A stretch of DNA of 64,000 nt, from the NCBI GenBank assembly GCA_044376115.1, contig JBILLK010000007.1, forward strand, positions 32,001-96,000. Direction: 5' to 3'. Position 1 is the stretch's first letter; each line of letters begins with the position of its first letter. The DNA comes from Polyangiaceae bacterium (lineage in GTDB: Bacteria; Myxococcota_A; Polyangia; Polyangiales; Polyangiaceae). The notes under the pieces were generated by a model. That model did no database searches, had not been told where the DNA came from, and saw only the letters and a program-made list of their open reading frames with translations. A program made the position numbers and the translations under genes. Below, one piece after another: positions 54,988 to 64,000 of this stretch.

Positions 54988-56179
54988 CTTCCACCGAGTC
55001 TGCGACGATCCGAAGGATCTTGTTGGGCTCGCCTTTGAGGGCCTCGTAGTAGGCCTGACGCTCCTTGGCGTGGATGATCGCCGGGGGGTAGCCGGCCCGG
55101 TAGAGCAGCAGGTTCATGAACAGCCGCGCGACCTTGCCGCTGTCGATCGGGAAGGGGAAGACGCGCAATAAATCATAGTGGGCGCGGGCTGCGATGCGCA
55201 CAGCGTTGCGGGTCTTGCGCGTCTCCGGCTCATTGAGCCAATCCACCACCAAGCGAACCTTGTAGGCGATCTTGTCGGGGGCGGCGTACTCGTGGAAGTA
55301 CAGCCGGTGCTGCGGGATATCTTTGCGGTACTTGACCGTCTTGAGGTCACCCTCGCTGGGGTGGAGGATGAGGTAGAGCTTGCGGATGGCGTCCACGGTC
55401 ACCGGGAGCCGCTTACGCAGGCCGAAGTCACGCACGTACTCGATCGCCTCGCGGTGGCGCCGGATCTCATCGGCGGCCGGTTGCAGGCTCGAATCCGCGA
55501 GGTTGGGCTCTTTGGCGAAGCCCGCTTCAATCTCTTCACGGGTGTAGACGGTGCCTTCGAGCGCGCTGTCGTGGCTGACCCAGGCCTGGTCATAGAGCCG
55601 GTAGAACTGCGCCTTGAACTCCTCGTCCTTCCCCTCGATCTTCGCGTCCAGCCGTTGGAACCGCTCTTCGATTGAAAGAGATGGCTCGAGCTTGCGCACC
55701 GGGATGGGCATCGAGGCCTGAATGAAGCCGGCCGGCGGCCGGTCACTGGCGGTGCGGGTGAGCGTCAGCGGGCCTTTTTGACCAGCCTTCCCCGCAGGAC
55801 CTTTGCCGGGAACCGACTTAGCAGCGGCCGGTGCACCGGCGGAGGAAGGTCGGGCGGCGCCCAAACCCGACGAACGCGCGGGGAGGAGCGTCAGGCTCTC
55901 TCCCGACTTGGTGCGAACGACGGTGGCCTCGCTCTTCGGCGGGGGCTTGGGAGGCGCCCCCTTGGCGGGCTTGGTCAGCGGCTTGGGGGCGACGACCTTG
56001 GCCGCCTTTGCGTCCTTGGCTCCACCCTTGGCCGGCTTTTCAGCCGATTTTGCGCCTCTTTCGGCGGCCTTGGGAGCAGCCGGCTTTTTTGCCCCGGCAA
56101 CCTTCTTGGCCGGCGCCTTCGCGTTGGCGCCTGATTTCGATTTGCTCGAGCCGCTTTTAGAGGTGCGTTTCGCCGCCAT
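54917..56179 (-). CDS. Fic-domain protein with degenerate active site and histone-like N-terminal tail
   Basis: DSALEG, AARAHY...VFPFPIDSGKVARLFMN, YYEAL; N-terminal ~140 aa rich in K/A/P. Confidence 0.85.
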   Translation of the reverse strand: MAAKRTSKSGSSKSKSGANAKAPAKKVAGAKKPAAPKAAERGAKSAEKPAKGGAKDAKAAKVVAPKPLTKPAKGAPPKPPPKSEATVVRTKSGESLTLLPARSSGLGAARPSSAGAPAAAKSVPGKGPAGKAGQKGPLTLTRTASDRPPAGFIQASMPIPVRKLEPSLSIEERFQRLDAKIEGKDEEFKAQFYRLYDQAWVSHDSALEGTVYTREEIEAGFAKEPNLADSSLQPAADEIRRHREAIEYVRDFGLRKRLPVTVDAIRKLYLILHPSEGDLKTVKYRKDIPQHRLYFHEYAAPDKIAYKVRLVVDWLNEPETRKTRNAVRIAARAHYDLLRVFPFPIDSGKVARLFMNLLLYRAGYPPAIIHAKERQAYYEALKGEPNKILRIVADSVEDGLSSIEKFFEEQDTKKRPSNLI

Positions 56180-56331
56180 GTTTTGGTCTCAGGGATGATG
56201 CGATGAAAATGCAAACAGATTGGCCCCCGACCCTTGTGAAAAGGCGCAGGTAAGCCATCCCGCCCATTTGGAGGGCGCCCACAGTCGCGCGAGACTAGTA
56301 GGGCGCCCAGTGTTTCGTCAATGCAGACCCA

Positions 56332-59300
56332 TCAAGAATCGATGGCGATTCCCAAGCGTGTACGCAGAGTGAAGAACTCTTCTGTGGCCGTAAACAGCAG
56401 CAGTTCCTTCTGACGCTCGCGGTTTTCATCTTGCGACTTCACCATCTCGAGGGCGATTTCGAGGTCGTTGGCCAGGATCAGGCCCGCGCGATCCGAGGAG
56501 TGATCCACGCCAACCACCCAGCGTTTGAGGTCGATCGCACCCGACTGCAGCAGCTTGGTGACCGAGCTGGTGAGCTGATCCCGTTGCGGCCCGTGAATCG
56601 ACTTCTCGAGCAGAGCGAGGTTGTCCCCGACCGGCCCTTCGAGCTCAGGCGCCACAGGGAAGGCCGAAACCACGAGCCGGATGGCTGCGAACAGCCAAGC
56701 GCGTAGCCCGGTGCCGGTGGGCACGAGGTGCCGGATGTACAGACCCGGGCGGTAGTAGGTGAGGTGCTTGGCTGCGATGAACGCCGCGGGCTGCTGCGGC
56801 AGCTCCAGCGCCAGTGCTGCCTGGCCCAACACCACCGCCGGCGTGTGCGCGTGAAGGAAGGCAAGACCGCCGCCGTCCTCCGGGTTCTGGAAGGTGAGCG
56901 GCGGCTCCATCCCGAGCACGCCAGCGGCGTAATAGAGCGTCTGGGACATCGGGTAGGGGTGACGCAGCAAATCGAGCGCGTAGGCAGCCTGGAAGCCCAG
57001 GGCCTCGAGCGGCTGACCGTTGCGCTTGAGCACCGCCGGCTCAATCAGCTGGAAGATGTGCGTCAGCAACGGATCGGCGTCCGAGTGCATCAGCAGCTGC
57101 CAATCTTCGTTGCTGAGTCGGGATTGCGCGGCCGCCGGGCCTTCCGGACGCATGCGCCGGAAGAAGCGCTCTTCGTCGGGCTCGGCCAGGTTCATGTTCA
57201 CCAGCGCTTGGCACAAGCACCAGGCTGCGTCGGCGCGCTTCGACTCGGTGTACAGCTTGCGAAGCAAACGGTACGGCTCCGGCTTGAGCGGGTTCTTGCG
57301 GATGATCGGCTTTTGAGCCGCGACAGCCTTGTCGAGGTACTGGGCCGGGTCGCTGGCGTACAAGGTGGCCAAGAGCTCATTGCGGGCGACGTTGTCGGGC
57401 TCGAGCGTTTGGGCCGCCTCGAAGGCGTCGATCGCCTCGGAGGTCCAGCCCAGCTTGTCGTGGTAGAGCTTGCCGAGCTGCTCGAAGGTCGCGAGGATCT
57501 TGTCGCGGTCGTTGGCCTCGGTGGCGCGGTCGAGTTGGATCTTGAGCAGCCGATCCACTGACTCGAAGTCCCGCATCTGGCCGCGAATGTCGATCGCCTC
57601 CAGCAGCGCCTTGTCCAGCGACGGGTCGAGCTCGAGCACCTCGTCGTAGAACTTGGCGGCGCGCTCGAGGTCCCCCATCTGCCGGCCGGCGACGATCGCC
57701 GCGGTGTGGAGGTATTTGGCCTTCTGCTTGGTGTCACCGACCATCGACGCGAGCTTGAGCACCACGTCCACCAGGCGGGACCAGTCCTTCTCCTCGCTGT
57801 AGAGCTGCATCAGCTTGGTGAGCACGCGGCGATCTTCCGGACGCTCGTCCAAGGCGGCCACGTAGCTCTTGCTGGCGCGCGTGCGGTCGTTGAGCTTCTG
57901 CGAGTAGATGTCGCCAACCTCGAGCAGCAGGTTGGTGCGCGCCTCGCCAGTGAGCGAGTCGAGCCGACGCATCTTCATGCGGATCAGCTCCTCCCAGTCA
58001 CCGGTCTGCTCGTACACACGTGAGAGCGCGTCGAGCGGCGCGTTCGACTCGGGATCGATGTCGTGGGCCTCGGCGAGGGGAGCCACGGCCTCCTTGAGTT
58101 CACCGAGGGCGATGCGAGCGTTACCGAGGCCGAGCAAGGCGTCGGAGCGCATGCGCATGGTGAGCTTGTCGTCGAAGCGCGTGAGCACGTCTTGGAACAG
58201 CACCACTGCGCGCTTGTGATCCCCGGAGCCGTCGGTGACGCGGGCCGAAGCCATCAGCGCCTCGGGCGAATCGGGGGCGAACTTGAGCAGCGTCTCGACG
58301 TGCGACTTGGCCTTCTCGGTGGAGCCGGTCTTCGCCAGCGACTCGATGTAGCGCATCACCACGCGTTGCGCGTCGGCGGGAGGTAGCGCGTCGGCGCGAC
58401 CAACCACCACGTCGTAGGACTTGGCAGCCTCGATGAAGCGGCCAGCCTCGAAGGCGGTGTCGGCGGTGACGGTGTGACCCAAGAGCGAGGTCGGATCGAG
58501 ATCGACCGCTTTGGTGGCGGCCTCGAGCGCGCGGGTGTTCTCCTTCAGCCGATCCCGCAGCAGCACGGCCATTTCACCGTAAAGGCGGGCCTTGGTGATC
58601 TTGCCGTCGGTGACTTCGATCTCGCGGGCAATCAGCTCCACGGCGCTGGCTGCGTCGCCGCGGGCCAAATACGCCTGGCGCAACGCGAGCGCCGCGATGG
58701 TGTTTTTGGAGGAGGCATCGAGGGCGGCCTTGTAGCGCTCGATCGCGCCGTCTTTGTCGCCCTTCTCCTCGAGCATCTTGGCCGCGCGAACCCAAAGATC
58801 GCTCTTTTGTTCGGGCTTTTCGGCTTTGCTGGCGAGGGATTCGACCGCCGAGATGGCCTCTTCGGCGTCGCCGGTGGCGATGCGTACGTTAGCCAAGGAC
58901 TCGAGTGCCCCTGCGTGGTTGGGGTCGATTTCGAGTACGCGCTCGTAGGCTGTCTTGGCGCGCAGCGGCGAGCCGACCTGCTCCACGAGCACGCGGCCGA
59001 GCGCGAGCAGCGCGTCGACGCGAGCCTTGTCTTCGGTGATCAGCTTGAGTTGCTTCTCGTAGCCGGCGACGACGTCCTCCCAGCGATCGAGCGCGCGGTA
59101 GTGGCGCATCAACGACACCAGCGAGGCGAGGTGGGTCGGATCGATCGCCAAGATGCGCTCGAGCGTCTCTGCCGACTTGGTGTGGTCGAGGAACTCCTCG
59201 TCCTGGATACCGGCCATGCGCTCGAGCAGGTTGATCTTCTGGCGGGGTGTGGCTGCGATGGCCAGCTGGCGCTCGAGGATCTCGAGCAGCTCGCCGTAGC

Positions 59301-61599
59301 GCCCTTGTCGGTTGAGGATGCGATCCACACCGCGCAGTGCGGTCAGGCTGCCGGGGTCCACGTCGAGCGCAGACTCGTAACGACGTTGCGCCTCGGGCAG
59401 GTTGTTGAGCTGATCTTCGTACAGCTCGGCCACGCGACAGATCGCCTCGACGCGCGCTTCACCGCGCAAAGCCTCGCTGCGCTTCTCGAGGATCTTGGCC
59501 AGACCTTCGGTGTCGTTGAGCGCTTGGTAGATGCGGGTGAGCGCGTCGCAAGCGGCGTCATGACCAGGATCTTCGGCGATGATCTGCTCGTACAAATCAC
59601 GTGCGCGACCGGGATCCGAGAGCTTGGTCTCGAGCAGGTCGGCGGCCTCGGCGCGGATGCGTCGTGCCTTCTCCGGGGTGGCTGCACGATCGGCGCGACG
59701 GAGGAGCACCTGACCGAGCTCGTTCCATTGCTGCGCTCGGCGATAAACCTGCGTCATACCGCTGAGCGCGCCCTCGTTGGCTGCGTCCAGTTGGAGCACG
59801 GCCTGGAAGCAGGGCAGACCCAAGTCGGGGCGGGCGATCTTCTCCGAGTACCAAAGGCCCAAGCGGGTGAAGAGCGTGACCTTCGTCTCAGTGGGCATGC
59901 GGGGATGGTTGGTCGCCTCGCTGAGGATCTGCAGCGCCTCGCCCCAGAGCTTCATGTCGGTGCCAGCCGCTCGCTCGAGATCGGCCGCGTATTCGTCGTT
60001 CTGGACGTCCTGGGCGAGCGCCTGCGCGTAAGCGAAAACGCCCTGCTCGTGATCGTCGAGCTCACGCACGTACAAATGCGCGATCTGGTTGAAGCAGCGC
60101 GCGCGCTCGCTGTGGCTCTCGCTCTTTTCGCTGCGTTCGACCAGCATCTCGATCAGCTCTTCGTGTTTGCCGAGGTTGCGGCGTAGATCCTCGAGCGCCG
60201 TTTGAGCGATCGGATCATTCGGGTCGAGCTCACAAAGCTGCTTGAGCGTCTCCTCGGCGGCCTCGTGTTGCTTGGCGCTCTCGAGGATGCGCGCGGCTCG
60301 GAACAGCAGCGACTTCTTCGCCTCGATCGCCTTGTCTTTGCCCTCTTCCTCGGGCACTTCCACGCCCTCGGCAGCCATGGCGAAGGCCTCGGCGACCTTG
60401 GTCGGCTCGGCGCCCTCTTCGATCGAGGACTCCAGCGCGAGCGCCGCGTCGTGATCGTTCGGGTCTGCCACGAGCGCGTCCACGCGCGCCTCGAAGTCGG
60501 AGGCCGCGAGCGTCTTGGCGACAGCCGGCTTGCCGATGCTGCTCAACAGCTCGAGCACCGCCGCAGCTGACTTGGGGCGCTTGTCCGCCGTCTTCTCGAG
60601 CAGCTTCAAACAAAGCTCATCCACCTCTTTGTGGATCCAGCCTTTGGGCGCGACGCTCGACGGTGCAGCCGGCGGTGAAGCCAGATGCGCCGCGACGAAA
60701 TCAGCGCTGGAGGTGCCGGTGAAGGGCGGCTTGCCCGTCAGCACCTCGTACAAAACCACGCCGAAGGCATAAAGGTCGCTCGCCACGTCTGCGGGCTTGC
60801 CGCGCAGCGATTCGGGGCTGGCGCTCTTGGCCCAGCCCGCGGCCGAAAGGGCTCCACCGAGCCGATCCGCGCCGGCGTCGGCCAGGATGGCCTCTTGTGT
60901 ACCCGCAGCCGTGCGCGTGACGAGCACGTTCTCGAGCTTCAGATTGCCGTGCGATAGCCGAGCTTGATGCAGGGCGACCAAGCCTTGCAATACGCCCTTG
61001 AGGAAGGGCTTGGCCTCGTTCAAATGCAAGGCGCCGGAGCGGCTGATGCGCGCCGAGAGCGGTTGCGCCTCGGCCAGGCGGTAGCTGACGAACACCGTGC
61101 CGTCCAAGCTGCCCGTGTCCAGCCCAGCGGCTAGATTGGGGCTCTCGACCTTGGCGAGCAGGCGCGTGTAGGCGATGAAGCGGCGGGCGACTCCGGGGTG
61201 AGCCGTTAGATCGCGGCGGATCAGCCTGAGCACGCGATCTTCACCATCGCGCTTGGCGAGGTAGGTGGTCGCCCGAACGCCTTCGGCGATTTTGCGCACG
61301 ATGGTGAAGCGGCCGAAGCTCGCCCCGGGCTTGAGCTCCGGATCGGCGGGCAGGCCGTTCTTCAACAGGTCACGCACCTTCGCGTCCAGATCCGGCCGCG
61401 AGCCGACCATGGCGTCCACCAAAGCCAGCGTGGAGCTCGTCTCCTGACAACGCTCCACCAACGCCTTTGCGAAGGAGGCTTTTGACGCCGTTCCGCCTAC
61501 GTCGTCGGGCGGGAAACCCAGCAGCTCATCGGAGAGAAGCAGAAGCTCTTCGAGCGAGAAAAGCCTCTCTAGCTCGCCGCGAACGATCTCAGTCGACAT
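56332..61599 (-). CDS. EAD/Death-like domain + pseudokinase + long TPR array protein
   Basis: SD GAGGAGG before ATG 61599; kinase fold with HGNLKLEN and DAG; more than 20 TPR-like repeats. Confidence 0.88.
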   Translation of the reverse strand: MSTEIVRGELERLFSLEELLLLSDELLGFPPDDVGGTASKASFAKALVERCQETSSTLALVDAMVGSRPDLDAKVRDLLKNGLPADPELKPGASFGRFTIVRKIAEGVRATTYLAKRDGEDRVLRLIRRDLTAHPGVARRFIAYTRLLAKVESPNLAAGLDTGSLDGTVFVSYRLAEAQPLSARISRSGALHLNEAKPFLKGVLQGLVALHQARLSHGNLKLENVLVTRTAAGTQEAILADAGADRLGGALSAAGWAKSASPESLRGKPADVASDLYAFGVVLYEVLTGKPPFTGTSSADFVAAHLASPPAAPSSVAPKGWIHKEVDELCLKLLEKTADKRPKSAAAVLELLSSIGKPAVAKTLAASDFEARVDALVADPNDHDAALALESSIEEGAEPTKVAEAFAMAAEGVEVPEEEGKDKAIEAKKSLLFRAARILESAKQHEAAEETLKQLCELDPNDPIAQTALEDLRRNLGKHEELIEMLVERSEKSESHSERARCFNQIAHLYVRELDDHEQGVFAYAQALAQDVQNDEYAADLERAAGTDMKLWGEALQILSEATNHPRMPTETKVTLFTRLGLWYSEKIARPDLGLPCFQAVLQLDAANEGALSGMTQVYRRAQQWNELGQVLLRRADRAATPEKARRIRAEAADLLETKLSDPGRARDLYEQIIAEDPGHDAACDALTRIYQALNDTEGLAKILEKRSEALRGEARVEAICRVAELYEDQLNNLPEAQRRYESALDVDPGSLTALRGVDRILNRQGRYGELLEILERQLAIAATPRQKINLLERMAGIQDEEFLDHTKSAETLERILAIDPTHLASLVSLMRHYRALDRWEDVVAGYEKQLKLITEDKARVDALLALGRVLVEQVGSPLRAKTAYERVLEIDPNHAGALESLANVRIATGDAEEAISAVESLASKAEKPEQKSDLWVRAAKMLEEKGDKDGAIERYKAALDASSKNTIAALALRQAYLARGDAASAVELIAREIEVTDGKITKARLYGEMAVLLRDRLKENTRALEAATKAVDLDPTSLLGHTVTADTAFEAGRFIEAAKSYDVVVGRADALPPADAQRVVMRYIESLAKTGSTEKAKSHVETLLKFAPDSPEALMASARVTDGSGDHKRAVVLFQDVLTRFDDKLTMRMRSDALLGLGNARIALGELKEAVAPLAEAHDIDPESNAPLDALSRVYEQTGDWEELIRMKMRRLDSLTGEARTNLLLEVGDIYSQKLNDRTRASKSYVAALDERPEDRRVLTKLMQLYSEEKDWSRLVDVVLKLASMVGDTKQKAKYLHTAAIVAGRQMGDLERAAKFYDEVLELDPSLDKALLEAIDIRGQMRDFESVDRLLKIQLDRATEANDRDKILATFEQLGKLYHDKLGWTSEAIDAFEAAQTLEPDNVARNELLATLYASDPAQYLDKAVAAQKPIIRKNPLKPEPYRLLRKLYTESKRADAAWCLCQALVNMNLAEPDEERFFRRMRPEGPAAAQSRLSNEDWQLLMHSDADPLLTHIFQLIEPAVLKRNGQPLEALGFQAAYALDLLRHPYPMSQTLYYAAGVLGMEPPLTFQNPEDGGGLAFLHAHTPAVVLGQAALALELPQQPAAFIAAKHLTYYRPGLYIRHLVPTGTGLRAWLFAAIRLVVSAFPVAPELEGPVGDNLALLEKSIHGPQRDQLTSSVTKLLQSGAIDLKRWVVGVDHSSDRAGLILANDLEIALEMVKSQDENRERQKELLLFTATEEFFTLRTRLGIAIDS

Positions 61600-61675
61600 G
61601 GTCCTCCTCGTCGGCGCCACGGGCGCTCGGGGCGCGGATGGTACTTACTGGAGCTTTTGCGCGGAAGAGGAACCT

Positions 61676-62698
61676 TCAGTCAATCAACCGACTTAGCCCG
61701 AACAGGCCCAGAATCAGCAACAACCCAGCCAAAAGCAGCAGCGGTAGCCAGCGGCGGCGCCAGGGGGAGGCGATCGGGCTTGCCTCTTGCGCGGAGGTAG
61801 GCAGCGACGCCAGGATCGGCAAAAGCGCGGCTTCGGCTTGGCCCGCATCGGCGAAACGCTGGCTGGCCTCGCGATTGACGGCCTGCGCGAACCAGCTGTC
61901 GAAGGCCGGCCCAAGTTGCTTTGCGCCCAGCTCACGTGAGCGCACCGAGGCCGGGGCGAGCGGCTCACGCAGCATCTCGACCGCCAAATCGAAGGCGGTT
62001 GCGCCTTTGGCGCTCGCGCCGCGCCAGTAGACCTTGCCGCACAACAGGCGGAAGGTGAGCAATCCGAGCGCCCACACGTCGGCCGCCGGTTTGATGATCT
62101 GGCCCTCTTTGCCTTGTTCCGGCGCTGTCCAGAGCGGGGTTCCCAAGCCCGGTGCAGTACCGCCGTGAGTCGTCTCTCGAACGACCTTTGCGACCCCAAA
62201 ATCCAAAACCTTCAGCTCGGTACGCTGGCCGGGACTCGTGGCTTGGCAGAGAAAGAGATTCTCCGGCTTCAAGTCGCGGTGGACGACGGCCGCTTCATGC
62301 GCTTTGGCGAGCGCTCGGAACAGCTCTTTCACCAGGTGCACCGCTTCTGCCGTGGGCAAGACGGGCTGTTGCGCGAGGCGCTGCTCGAGGTTGATGCCGG
62401 TGAGTAGCTCCATCGCGAAATACGGTTGGCTCTTCGGGGCTTGCGACCAACCGGAGTCGAAGACGCGAGCGATGTGCGGGCTTTGGATGCGTTCACCTAC
62501 GAGCGCCTCCGATTGAAAGCGCGCTACGAAGCTCGCGTCGGCGGCGAGGTCGCGGTTCATCAGCTTGAGCGCGCAAGCCTGGCCGGAGCGTTGATCGGTC
62601 GCCTCGTAGACGATGCCCATTGCCCCTTGGCCGAGCACACGATGGATCGTGTACCTTCCGTTGAAGACGCTGCCGGGCATCAAACGGTGGCTGGTCAC
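61676..62698 (-). CDS. Ser/Thr protein kinase with C-terminal TM helix
   Basis: LGQGAMG.VY, ALK, HRDLKPEN, DFG, GTP...APE, DVWALG. Start uncertain (GTG 62698 or ATG 62680). Confidence 0.93.
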   Translation of the reverse strand: MTSHRLMPGSVFNGRYTIHRVLGQGAMGIVYEATDQRSGQACALKLMNRDLAADASFVARFQSEALVGERIQSPHIARVFDSGWSQAPKSQPYFAMELLTGINLEQRLAQQPVLPTAEAVHLVKELFRALAKAHEAAVVHRDLKPENLFLCQATSPGQRTELKVLDFGVAKVVRETTHGGTAPGLGTPLWTAPEQGKEGQIIKPAADVWALGLLTFRLLCGKVYWRGASAKGATAFDLAVEMLREPLAPASVRSRELGAKQLGPAFDSWFAQAVNREASQRFADAGQAEAALLPILASLPTSAQEASPIASPWRRRWLPLLLLAGLLLILGLFGLSRLID

Positions 62699-62726
62699 GG
62701 TCGTCGAGAGTACCTCGTTTCGCTTC

Positions 62727-63155
62727 ATGAAGCCGATCACAGCAAGAGTGACTCGCAGTCTTGGTTGGGTTGGGCTTGCTTGGCTCGCTGCGGCCTGCGC
62801 GAGTTCGAGCTTCGAGCCGGAGCGAATCAGCCGCGTACCCTCGAGGGTGTTGACGGCCGAGGATCTGCGGACGCGTGTTGGCCGGTTGGGTCGTGAGTTG
62901 GGGGTGGTCACCGAGTCCGTCACGGTGCACGGCCAATGTTTGAGCGACTGTGCTCCCAGCTCGACCCCGGGCAAGTGCGTGGCGATGTTTGGTGAGCGTG
63001 AAGGTGGCAAGCCGTTCGCCGCGTTGCTCGATCAGCAGGCCGAGCTCGAGCCGGGCAGGCGGTATGTGTTGCAAGGCTCGGTCGAGCTGAGCCCGGCTGT
63101 GCGCGACCGCTGGCTTCTGCGCGCGGAGGTGCTGGCGGTGGTGGTGCCGGAGTAG
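62727..63155 (+). CDS. Small lipoprotein
   Basis: Lipobox LAAAC and three further Cys residues. Confidence 0.6.
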   Translation: MKPITARVTRSLGWVGLAWLAAACASSSFEPERISRVPSRVLTAEDLRTRVGRLGRELGVVTESVTVHGQCLSDCAPSSTPGKCVAMFGEREGGKPFAALLDQQAELEPGRRYVLQGSVELSPAVRDRWLLRAEVLAVVVPE

Positions 63156-63202
63156 TGCTCACGGGCTGGCGCTGCGGCCCGCCTGCCGCTATCGTTCGGG
63201 CC

Positions 63203-64000
63203 ATGCGCTTTTCCTCGGCCTCCTTGGTTTCGGCGGTGTTTCTCCTTGCTGCGTGTGGTGACGACAGCTCGAGCGGCGGAGGAGGAAGCGGGGCGACCGG
63301 TGGTAACGGTGGAGAGACGAGCGGTGGGCAAGGCGGCACCGGCGGTGAAGTGGCGAGCGGTGGCAGCGGCGGCGGCGCGACGGGAACCACGGTTGGTGGA
63401 GACCGCCCGGTGGAGGTGATCGTCCCCTCGAGCTACGACGAAGCGGTGGCGACGCCGCTGGTGATTTTGCTGCACGGCTATTCGGCCGATGGGCCGGTGC
63501 AGGACCTCTACTTTGGCTTCACCGAGATGGCCGAAGAACGCGGCTTTCTTTACGCCTACCCGAACGGCACGGTGGATCAGACGGGGGAGAATTTTTGGAA
63601 CGCCACCCCGGCTTGCTGCAACTTTTTCGATGAGCCCGTGGACGACTCGGCCTACTTGATCGGCCTTGTCGACGAGATCTCCAGCAAGTGGAACGTCGAT
63701 CCGAAGCGTGTTTACCTCGTTGGTCACTCGAACGGCGGCTTCATGTCGCACCGAATGGCCTGCGACCACGCCGACAAGGTCGCGGCGATCGTCAGCCTGG
63801 CTGGTTCGAACTTCAATGACCCAGCCGATTGCACGGCCTCCGAGCCGGTCAGCGTGGTGCAGATCCACGGCACCGCCGACGACACCATCGCCTACGAGGG
63901 CGGCAGCACGTTGGGAAGCCAAGCGACGACGTATCCGTCGGCCGCTGACAGCGTGGCTGCGTGGGCCGCCGTTGACGGTTGTGTGGGCGAGCCTGTGGAG
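63203..64000 (+). CDS. PHB depolymerase/LpqP-type esterase lipoprotein (partial, runs off the window)
   Basis: Read manually: MRFSSASLVSAVFLLAAC, PLVILLHG, WNATPACC, DPKRVYLVGHSNGGFM, IHGTADDTI. Confidence 0.9.
   Translation, partial: MRFSSASLVSAVFLLAACGDDSSSGGGGSGATGGNGGETSGGQGGTGGEVASGGSGGGATGTTVGGDRPVEVIVPSSYDEAVATPLVILLHGYSADGPVQDLYFGFTEMAEERGFLYAYPNGTVDQTGENFWNATPACCNFFDEPVDDSAYLIGLVDEISSKWNVDPKRVYLVGHSNGGFMSHRMACDHADKVAAIVSLAGSNFNDPADCTASEPVSVVQIHGTADDTIAYEGGSTLGSQATTYPSAADSVAAWAAVDGCVGEPVE

Overview
High-GC chromosomal window, very probably from a myxobacterium (Myxococcota, likely Polyangiales). This is inferred from a MYXO-CTERM motif, a TIGR04552 protein, an MglC-like roadblock gene beside accBC, many Gly/Cys-rich lipoproteins and Ser/Thr kinase-TPR proteins. 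The right two-thirds is mostly core genome: pfkB-gmk-yicC-epimerase-DUF507-TIGR04552, ompA, dnaE, bamD, mglC-aroQ-accB-accC, a fused NfnB/NfnA-like oxidoreductase, nth and kinases. The left third is accessory. It holds (i) a Yeh-type MoxR ATPase/DUF5682/VWA operon headed by two divergent paralogous SWIM-like Zn-finger genes, one carrying two BRCT domains; (ii) an array of 8 copies of a 17-bp palindrome at 41-42 bp spacing, bracketed by inverted repeats, next to immunity-like gene fragments and REP-like repeats; and (iii) a 1390-aa BPI/LBP-like surface protein with an internal MYXO-CTERM followed by a second lipoprotein signal. Three apparently dead pseudoenzymes (aconitase, Fic, kinase) also occur. 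No rRNA, tRNA, cas genes, transposase or integrase were recognised. Family assignments come from motif recognition by eye, with no database search, and many start codons are best guesses.
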